Shown one piece after another: positions 24,544 through 33,682 of a stretch of DNA of 33,682 nucleotides. Position 1 is the first letter of the stretch, and each line of letters starts with the position of its first letter. Source of the stretch: Macrostomum lignano (Eukaryota); NCBI GenBank assembly GCA_002269645.1, contig NIVC01002978.1:1-33682 (forward strand), given 5' to 3'. The position numbers were made by a program, and so were the translations under genes. Below the pieces are notes generated by a model. The model was not told where the DNA came from. It did no database searches and worked only from the letters and a program-made list of their open reading frames with translations.

Positions 24544-24682
24544 GCGGCTTCACCATATCGATCTGCAATTGGGGTGTTGGGAAATGTTCTGCAGAATTTT
24601 ATTAGCTAGTTTAATTTAACGACTATTTTTGGGATAGGATAATAACTAATAAATAATAAATAAGCGATTACAACTACCCCTA

Positions 24683-24784
24683 TTGGACACAAGGACACAA
24701 ATCGTTCCGGGTGTTGAGTCGAGAATCGAACCCCCGACCTTTCAGTCGTGAGTCGTACGCTATATACCAATAGGCTACAACCCC
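24683..24784 (-). mobile_element. tRNA-derived SINE head, family B
   Basis: Minus strand GGGGTTGTAGCCTATTGG...ACTGAAAGGTCGGGGGTTCGATTCTCG...TTTGTGTCCTTG; related to 12748-12900. Confidence 0.65.
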
Positions 24785-26659
24785 ATAGGATGGTTGTGCA
24801 AATATTGTTTTTCGGCAGTAACTCAAAAACATATTGGGAGGACGAATAGTTTCTTCCAAAGAGAAATTTACTAGACTATGCAACGCATTCAATATTTATC
24901 AACTCATTTTGCAAGACAAGTTTTACTAATAGATTTGATTGATCGACCACCATCACCGTGGCTAACACATCCCTATGATCCTTGGCCCGATATCATGCAG
25001 ATTTTCAGCAGAGCATATTGTTGCTTTTTTATCGCTTATTATCATCTGGCTAGCAAAGTACATACGCTCATTTAGCACTCCCGGGAATTATCCTTTTTTG
25101 AGCAGCACAACCTGTTAATTGTAAGCCTATTTTTGTGGTTGTTGTCTAACTTACGAGAATTTGCTTTTGCACACATTTCTGGCACATACTTACGCTTCTG
25201 CATGGTTGCAGAACTTTTTCGAATTATGTTTTTTAAAGTTCAAATCAATCCTAACGACCCACATTTTAATACGCTAAACCTTTAGACGTGAATTATTTCA
25301 AACCCATGAACACACTAGCAACAGATAAGCTTGTTAGTGAAGTTAATTTTGAGAAACTGCAGTTTTAACAAAAATCTATCTATTTTTTTTCAATTGTTTG
25401 TGAAACCTTTGATATACTTTTGACTAACTCGTATCATTCAGCAGTATTGGCTCGCTTTTCAGCTTGTGCCTTGCCCTTCGCCCAGCTGCCCCCATATCTC
25501 CTGTTGTTAAGTATTTATTATAAACAACATTCTACTATATATAAACATAGAATATTTAGCAGTTCCTCAACACGCACTGTCATAAACCATAAATAGAATT
25601 CATCAAAACGACCTCCAGCTATCGGAATTCAAGGGTTGTTGCATTCCACAAGATGACCAGCTAATTGAAGACAAAAGTGTTTTAAAAAGTGCGGACTGAG
25701 CTCTGAGAAGTGTGAAGTGCCACTTCCATTTATAAATCATCGAGTCATTAAAATAATGAAGAATACCAATACTACGTCCGTCTAAACAACACGGAGATCC
25801 AATACAAAGCGCAGCATTTCTTTGAGCTCAGTTGCGTACAGTCTTTCGTTAGACCAGTCCCTTCCTCAGGCTTGCAACTTGTGCTGGTGTGTGTGTGTGT
25901 GTTTGTTTACATGTTTAAGCTTGCAATTGTACTGAAGAAGGTACCTGTGTTGATTTTTTAATATCGACTGTTCGCGATAAAGTTGACCAATGTTGCGCCG
26001 CTGTTGCACCGCCTTGTCACTACTGATTAGTACTACTGTAAGTGAATTAATTCGCGTTCTATTTGAAAAGAAAAGTTCTGCTTTTCGGAATGGTTTAGTT
26101 TTTTTTTTAAGTAGGTGGCGATCGGCTGCAATATTTGCGAGACAGAGGTCGATTTTTTCAACTTTCACTGTTTCTGCTAGACACTACTCCGTTGAGTCCG
26201 ATACAAGGATGCTATAAATGCTCTTCGCGATGCACATTGTTTTTTTTCTATTCAGAATAGCTTAGTTACCAAACATATCGCTACAAATCCTCGCAACGAT
26301 AACCTTTGCTTTATGTTCGCTTTCATTAATTAGACTCTGGCTCTCTGGCTAGCTATAATTACTTAGCTAAAATTTGTTTTGTCGTGTATCCACCCGACAC
26401 CCGTGCAAGCACTCCGAAAGTTACAAAAAACACTAATACCGACGTTTCCTGTAGCATGCTTTTAGACATTCAAAATAATATATTATATATTTATATTGAA
26501 TAAATTGTTTTTCTATACGAGAACAATCAATAAACGTGTTTATTAAGTTGGATATCTACTAATCGTTAATACAGCCTTCATTTTACGCAAATAAAAGCTG
26601 CCGATTGTGCTCAGTTTAATATTGAATATAAGCGATTTCCTGCTTTGTTTCATTTACCG

Positions 26660-26890
26660 TGGCCGCGACTAACTGGTGAATAAATACGTTTCTGTAGTCT
26701 ATGGCCGCGACCAGCTGGGGAATAAATACGTTTCTGTAGTCTATGGCCGCGACCAGCTGGGGAATAAATACGTTTCTCTAGTCTATGGCCGCGACCAACT
26801 TGATATAAATACGTTTATCTAGTCTATGGCCGCGACCAACTTGATATAAATACGTTTCTGTAGTCTATGGCCGCGACCAACTGGGGAATA
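26660..26890. repeat. 41/42-bp tandem repeat (GTCTATGGCCGCGACCA.CT.G..ATAAATACGTTTCTGTA), ~5.5 units
   Basis: GTCTATGG at 26697, 26739, 26781, 26822 and 26863. Confidence 0.93.
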
Positions 26891-28445
26891 CGTATATGGT
26901 ATCACCCCCATGGATTCATTTATTTGGTCGACAGAGTGGCTGAGGGCTGCATTCATTGGCTTGGCCATGGATGTGATATCCCTTGTTTGACTGACCTAGA
27001 GTCAAATTCAGTAGTCTATAGCTAGTAGAAAACCAAGAAGAAAAAAAGAAGAGTAGAGGAAAGCGAGGACTAGACGCAAGGAAGGAGACGACAAATTTCT
27101 TTCACTGTATAAATACGTTTCATTTTAAATTTTCACTTTTAATTTTTAATCTGATGCAACTACCGCGTACATAACAGGCAACAGAAAAGAATACCTGTTG
27201 CTTAGTTGCTTGAAGTGGATTGATTAGGTAAAAATGAGAGCTGTGTAGAAAATATGAGCGTACCATATTAAGATCCTCCAGTTTTTTCAGTGTCACTTTA
27301 ATACTCATACATACAAAACGAGTAATCATTTGTTTGCAGTATCCAAGGGCGCCAGCACCAAGGGGGCAACACCCTGTGTGAGCATGTCTGCGTACAGTAT
27401 TGACGCGCTTTTATGTTCTCAGGATCGAGCTTCAGCGGAATGAGTGGCAGAATCGCCTCAGTGCATACTGGTTGTGAGACGATGTCGTCATAAATCATCC
27501 CATTTCGATACAAAATCATTACAGAGAGGTTTAGCAACGCGAAGTCCAAAATCAACATGCATATACATATTAGATCGGGGATGAAGAAGAGAGCACAGAT
27601 ACTATAACCCTAGATAGTTCACTCTTGTTTAGATTTTTGCAACTACTCTTTGGTTAGTAGCGTGAACGAACATGGATGTGTCAAACGATCTAAAAATAGG
27701 TAGCAAAAGTGATGTATTGTCATTTTCGTGTCAGCTTAATCACGAAATCACCCATACATGTAAGCTTTCAAAACATCAAAGTTGAGTGCACTCCCATTAT
27801 GGTCAAAACGAAGGAACTTGAGGGCTTAAGAGTTGGAGCTTCAACAACAGGTTGATAACTGTTTCATTTATAAGCAAAACACATGCATGACAACAGCTCC
27901 AGCATTCGACTGCTGACAGCAGTTTCATGTATAAGCAAAATATGACAACAGTTTCAGGTAGAAGGGAAGCATTCTCTGCTATAAGTATGCGCGGTAATAA
28001 ACAACAATCAACGTGCACCCGTAGGCACAGCAGTGCCTTGCGTCAAAATTCATTTTTGGAGCAACTAGCAATTTTTCTTGCCATGCGCACGCCGACGCTC
28101 ACCCAAAGAGTAGACACTTTTTTGAGCCATAGACTATGACACAAAAAATGGCTTAACTCAGTGCAGAGTGAAATATCTAGTGTTTTATTATCTGTGGAAG
28201 AGAGTGCAATTGGAAAAACCCAGAGACTATTAGAATTAAGACGAACACTTCTAGGGGCAACGGTCAAAATATCGTCCCGCTTGGAAAGAAGCCGATCATG
28301 CGATCGGTGGCCAGACAAAAATGAGAAAAAACGCCAGTCACGTGATTCTCCCAGATTCTCTGACGTCGGTAGACCCGCAGGCCCGCATGCCAGGTGGTAA
28401 CCTGATACCTTGCAGTCGTTAGTACCACCAGCTTAATGCTATTTA

Positions 28446-28868
28446 TTACATCGAAACTATAAAGTACAGCAAAGGCCACAACGCATTGCCTGGAACCAAA
28501 AGAAACGACCCATAATAAAAATACTTCCTTCTGTTTTTATGACGCAAAACAATCATGGCAAGAATCAGGCCGAAAATGCCGCAAAAGAAGGCGCAGATTA
28601 ATAACGCAGCGTCGGCAATGCGCCATCCGCCGTTTCTAGCTCGATATTTATCGTAGGCAACCAAACCAAAGGTGAACACATTCTTTAGGATTAGGTAGGC
28701 AGCCATGAAAATAGCGAGGTCGATGCGCGACAGATTGGCATATCTTCCATACAGGGCAACTGCAACGTAAACTGCAGCGCATGGCCAAACGGCCTGTTGT
28801 GCCTGACGGAAACTGCCGGGACCAATCAAGCTTTTGAGTGTGTTGTCTCGTCGTGCAGGTTGCGGCAT
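28446..28868 (-). CDS. DUF1294/YsdA-like multi-pass membrane protein, copy A, intronless, 140 aa
   Basis: Family signature recognised by eye: F.LVAYDKYRARNGGWRIADAALL..AF..G.FG...AM...RHKNRRKYF, between hydrophobic helices. Confidence 0.78.
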   Translation of the reverse strand: MPQPARRDNTLKSLIGPGSFRQAQQAVWPCAAVYVAVALYGRYANLSRIDLAIFMAAYLILKNVFTFGLVAYDKYRARNGGWRIADAALLICAFFCGIFGLILAMIVLRHKNRRKYFYYGSFLLVPGNALWPLLYFIVSM

Positions 28869-29584
28869 TATGCTGAAGCATGCGAGTCAGATCAGAATTT
28901 ACTGCATCAATCAACTTATCTAGCCAACAAAAACTGCATGGCTAACTAACGACTGGAAAAACCGCTACTGAACCAATGTGGAGTCCTTACACAACAGAGC
29001 TCGCTGTTTTGGATTTGCAGTCTTAAATGAAAACGTCCCTTCTAATCGTGGGGCATGTACACACCGGGTAGTCTAATAGTCGAGACTCAAACACTATATT
29101 GATAAGCAATTCAGTGCCTAGTAACTGTAGAAGTATTTTACTACCTGATGGAAACGGTACCTAGGCCAAGAAGCAATAAGATAAGCTATCAATTTTATTA
29201 AACCAAAACAAAGTCAGATTCAAATTTTTTTTACTATTCAAGGATTAACAGATTACTTTTTGTTTATCTCTGTTTAACAGAGTACTTGTTTTAATACCAT
29301 ATATGTTTTCTCAAAGAAAAAACAAAAAGTTCAAGTAAAGTATTATCCTTGCACCATACACCATACGCTTAAAATGAGCCAAAATCAATTCAACTTTACC
29401 ACCAGAAAAACGACTTAGAATAAAAACTTGAAGATTTAAATTTTTTTGCTTTCAAATCGATTAGAATAGTAAAAAAATCGAAGTGTTAAACAGTAAATTC
29501 CGCTTAAATAGGTAAATTTGCTCGAATGATTCCACCGTACAACTGTCTCAAAAACTTTCTAACCCAAGTTACCTACTGACATCA

Positions 29585-30097
29585 TCAATTCAAGGTTGTC
29601 TCATTCCATCCGGCCGGACGGAGAATGTGAACGAATAGGCTATCAATGAGTGCAGTAGCATTGATAGCATTTGTAGCATTCGTCATGACCAGCGAGCCGG
29701 GAAGACCGATTGGAACTACTAAGAAAGCAATCAGTAGCCAAGCAGCATTGATCGGCACAAAAATTAGCAAGCAGATGATAAACTCGCCCTTTCTAACCTT
29801 GTGACAGCAAATTATCATAGCTAAGATGATGCCGAGGAAGCCGCAGTAAAAGGCGCACAGATACAGGGCCGCTTCTGCAACGCGCCAACCTCCCGATTCC
29901 GACTGAGATTTATCAATGAAAGTGAGGATAAATGTGAAAAGTGTCTGAAAGCCAAAGTAGACACCAAGTAGAATGGCCAGCTCATTGTGTGACAAACCAG
30001 CAAACTTGCCAACAATAGCAACTGTGACGAAAATTCCGGTGAACAGGACCACGAGTATGGAGCACTGGCAGCAGGTTCCGGGTTTGCAGCAGGCCAT
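29585..30097 (-). CDS. DUF1294/YsdA-like membrane protein, copy B, intronless (start MACCKP at 30097; alternative upstream ATG at 30124)
   Basis: IDKSQSESGGWRVAEAAL...G..G...AM...HKVRK. The ATG at 30097 is shared with copy C. Confidence 0.78.
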   Translation of the reverse strand: MACCKPGTCCQCSILVVLFTGIFVTVAIVGKFAGLSHNELAILLGVYFGFQTLFTFILTFIDKSQSESGGWRVAEAALYLCAFYCGFLGIILAMIICCHKVRKGEFIICLLIFVPINAAWLLIAFLVVPIGLPGSLVMTNATNAINATALIDSLFVHILRPAGWNETTLN

Positions 30098-30653
30098 GCT
30101 TAGTAGACTGACTGGAACATGCATTTCAGTAGGGCCGTACTTTATTAGTAAAGAAATTATATAGTAACAAATGATACTAAATGAAGCAAGTATTGGTTTT
30201 GTTTGAGGTTGGACTCGAATTTGTGCTTATAGTTGCATTTTCTGCATGTATTTATAGCCAAAATCGACCATTTTGTATAAAGCACTAAATTGAGTTTGCT
30301 ATAAACAAATTACGAAAGATACATTTATGGGTGCTACCTCAAACGGAACACACACCTTTGCTTCATTTGGAACTACGAAGTCTGGAAAATGAGATACGCT
30401 CGTATTGGGAATTTAGTGCTAAAAGCAGAGAAATTCCCATCTTACTACGGCATTTTAATAGGGAACCAAAAGAACTTAGCGTCTTGTTTAAACTAGCTAC
30501 ACTGTAAATTAAAAGTAGACCAAAAGTGGCCGGTTGTCAGTTCACAGTGAGTGGCCAAGAATGTCCGAATAGCGCGTACGTCTGAATACTTAGGCCAAGA
30601 AGCGTCCCAGAGTCGTTGACTCGTTGCAGGTAACACAGGTGAAATTGGAAGGA

Positions 30654-30943
30654 AGTGACTCTAGACGACTCTAAAAGGACAGATGTCACAGTAAAAGTCG
30701 AGAGTCAACTTGAGGCGTTTTATTGTCTGCGACTCTGAAACGACTCTGGCGCGCTTCTGCATGTATAACGACTCTGGAGACGTAGAGTCTTATCTGAGGC
30801 GTGCAGTTAAGCGCTCACGACTCTTGGATAGCTTTTTCGCGTTTGTGCCTCAAGTTGCCCTCAACAGTCGCCTCTCCATCGCATTGCAGTCGTTTGAGAC
30901 GTTACCAAGTGACAAGAGTTGTCCCAGAGTCGCTAGAGTCACT
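30654..30943. mobile_element. MITE-like element with ~18-bp inverted ends AGTGACTCTAG(A)CGACTCT; paralogous copy at 33269-33603
   Basis: Left 30654-30672, right AGAGTCGCTAGAGTCACT at 30926-30943; multiple internal GACTCT/AGAGTC motifs; no clear TSD. Confidence 0.5.
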
Positions 30944-31384
30944 AGTGAATTGTGATTTTTATCACCGTTACGGCTTGTTAAAAATATGGGCGGGAAATTA
31001 TGAATAATTTTGTATTCCAAGTCCAGAGCTACTCTTATTACCAAAAGGCTATCAATATATTGAATAAAAATAATCAGAGTCAAAACATTTTTGTGTATTC
31101 AAATATTAGAGTACAGAAGATACGAGCCAAGCGTATATTAATTAGGGTTTGCGTAAATCTTAACAGACATTAAAGTTCAAACGTAGCTTTTTTGAGAACA
31201 CAAAATCCGTATGCTTAAAATAGGATCCAAATTTTAAAAAGAATTAAACTATTTTGTAACAAACACTTGTTATGTAAAGATTCTAAAATCGTCCAAAACA
31301 TTAAACATTATTGGATTTATTCGGATCAGTCGATGTTGAAGCAGCATACAGTAAATTTTGTAAATAGGTTAAACTAAAATACGC

Positions 31385-31544
31385 GCGCAACCTTGGGAAT
31401 CACTCGGCCGTTTCTATTGGCAACACACACACACATGTAAGTCGCTATTGGCTGAGAGCAGTCACGTGACTACTATTCTGTCCAATAGCGACATACATGT
31501 GTGTGTTGCCAATAGAAACGGCCGGGTGAATCCCAAGGTTGCGC
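31385..31544. repeat. 160-bp near-perfect palindrome centred on AGTCACGTGACT
   Basis: The arm GCGCAACCTTGGGA.TCAC.CGGCCGTTTCTATTGGCAACACAC...ATGTA.GTCGCTATTGG is mirrored on the right. Confidence 0.9.
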
Positions 31545-31628
31545 ACAAACATGGTAATTTTTTTTTCAATTTTTCAAAAAAATTTTCAACTCGAGTTGAA
31601 ACTATCAATTCAAAGTTAATGTCTCTTT

Positions 31629-32172
31629 CTATCCGGCGGCGGGGAAAATGTGAGCAAATAGGACACCAGAAGCATTGATATGATGTACAGCATTTTCAGC
31701 ATTGTCAAGGAGAGCAGTAGCATTGATAGCATCTGTAGCATTTGTAGCATTGGTCATGACCAGAGAGCCAGGAAGACCGATCGGAACTACTAAGAAAGCA
31801 ATCAGTAGCCAAGCAGCATTGATCGGCACAAAAATTAGCAAACAGGTGACGAATTCGCACTTTTTAACCTTGTGCCAGCAAATTAGCATGGCTAAGATGA
31901 CGCCAAGGAAGCCGCAGTAAAATGCGCACAGATACAAGGCCGCTTTTGCAACACGCCACCCTCCCGATTGTGCCTGGCATTTATCAATGGAAGTGAGGAT
32001 AAATGCGAGAAGCGTCTGAAAGCCAAAGTAGACGCCAAGTAGAACAGCCAGCTCATTGTGGGACAAACCAGCGAGCGAACTTGGCAAAAACAGCGACTGT
32101 GACAAAAACTCCGGTGAACAGGGCCAAGAGTATGGAGCACTGGCAGCAGGTTCCGGGTTTGCAGCAGGCCAT
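31629..32172 (-). pseudogene. DUF1294/YsdA-like copy C, frameshifted by a 4-bp duplication
   Basis: MACCKPGTCCQC start at 32172. AGCG is duplicated at 32070-32077 versus copy B; the downstream frame is open to TAG at 31629-31631. Confidence 0.78.
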
Positions 32173-33682
32173 GCTTAGTAGACAGATTTTGCATGCATTT
32201 CAGTAGGGCCGCAAATTATTAGTAAAGCAAGTACTGGTATGAAACAAATGACACAAAATGAAGTAAGTATCTGTTTTGTTTGAGCTGCACTCAAAATTGG
32301 TCGCTATAGTTTTACTTTCTGCACAAATTTAGCCAAAAATGACTATTTTGTATAGCACTAAATGGAAGTTCTGCTATAAACAAATTTGGTTAAGAAAACT
32401 GACACTTATGGGTGCTACCTTAAACGAAATACACACTTTTAGCTTTGTGTTTTATCCCGGCCTTGTAGCCATTCAGTCTTTGAATTTATGCTTCTTGTGT
32501 CTCGGCTCCCATCACTCTCAGTGGATTGGTGTCCTGAAGAATGAGTTCGTCCCGAATCGGGGAAAACCGGCTGAGTCCGGTGGTCCCTTTGCTCCTTGTG
32601 CTCCTCACCAACCCCTTGGCCTGGGCTTATTAGAGCTGGATACTGAAAAAGCTTTGAGGCTCGCAGCCCTATAGGAGAGGTTCTTGGCCACCTGATGGAG
32701 ACTCGCCCATCGCAATAAGCTGTCCAGACTCGCTCCAATAACTTAGCCTTTTCCGTAGACTCGGTCTTTCCGCTCTCGGACCGCTACTCAGATATTCCAA
32801 GCTTATTAGAGCCGGGTAGTGAAATGCCCTGTGGCACTGTGGGTTGGCGGTGTCTTAGTCTATAGGCTTGGGTTACGATGCTCGTAGTAGCATCCAATAA
32901 GGCTTTACCAGGCCTTGAGTTCTGGTCCCAATCTGGGCCTCTCGGGCTTCAGCCCTTGGTAGTAGGGCCCCCTACAAAATCCAGCGCAGAGCCCTTCTCT
33001 GGGCTGATCCGCGGTTGCCCCGAATTCCAATCCCGTTTAACAACAAAGCAGAGAACTTGCTGTCTCACTAAGAAATTTTTATAGAGAATCAAAAATTGGC
33101 GTCTAGTCTGAACTAGTTACACTGTAAACTGAAAGTAGACGAAAAAAGTGGCCGGTTGTAAGATGACAGTGAGTGGCCAAAATGTCCGAATAGCTCGTAC
33201 ATCTGCGTATACTTAGGCCAAGAAGTGTCCCAGAGTCGTTGCAGGTAAAACAGGTAGAATAGGAAATAAGTGACTCTAGGCGACTCTAAGAGGACAAGAT
33301 GTCACGGTAAAATTCAAGAGTAAACTTAAGCGGTTTTAATTGTCTGCGACTCTGGGGCGCTTCTGTAGGTATAATGGCTCTGGGCCGTTGAGTCTCATCT
33401 GAGGTGTGCCACAGTCGCTGTAGAATCACTGAGTTGCGTCAAAAGCGCATCAGCGTCACTTTATGAAAAAATAATCGCACACATTTCGCATTTATAACAG
33501 CTCTATTTAACTGTTATAAATACAGCTAGTTAGTCTCTGTCGCATTGCAGTAGTTTAAGACGCTAACAAGTGAGAAAGTTATCCCAGAGTCGCTAGAGTC
33601 ACTAGTGTCGTGAGTTTTTTGCGATTCTTGTCACAGTTACGGCTTGTTACAAACATGGGCGGATATTAAGAGTATTTCGGTA

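Larger units (their letters stand above)
29600..33682. repeat. Tandem segmental duplication (~29600-31000 versus ~31640 to window end)
   Basis: Colinear coding and upstream sequence, e.g. CATTTCAGTAGGGCCG, GGGTGCTACCT, AGTGAGTGGCCAA, GTTACGGCTTGTTA in both units. Confidence 0.88.

Noticed and set aside
26660-26890. CRISPR array (also considered for the 21-, 22- and 29-bp arrays)
   Set aside because: Units are contiguous with no unique spacers, there are no cas genes, and the context is eukaryotic.
25866-28400. Short ORFs of 65-100 aa in the AT-rich interval
   Set aside because: No motifs, mostly non-ATG starts, no exon chain.

Overview
Eukaryotic (invertebrate animal) genomic DNA: GT-AG introns, very dense micro/minisatellites, SINE/LINE/LTR/MITE remnants; no prokaryotic operon, CRISPR or rRNA features. 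The repeat style and the myosin light chain sequence suggest a free-living flatworm such as Macrostomum, which is inference only. Genes: four intronless paralogs encoding signal peptide + C-type lectin + PAN/apple-like domain (one frameshifted), two tandem 2-exon sigma-like glutathione S-transferases, one 4-exon myosin regulatory light chain, and three intronless DUF1294/YsdA-like membrane protein genes (one frameshifted). Most striking observations: (1) a 22-bp minisatellite built from the GST2 3' splice site, giving 13 tandem AG|ATT acceptors, only three of them productive; (2) a lectin family whose differences concentrate in the sugar-binding half and whose ORF and flank relationships conflict, suggesting gene conversion across an inverted pair flanking the GSTs; (3) an expanded cluster of a mainly prokaryotic membrane protein family with apparent eukaryotic add-ons. 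All coordinates were read by eye and no database search was run.
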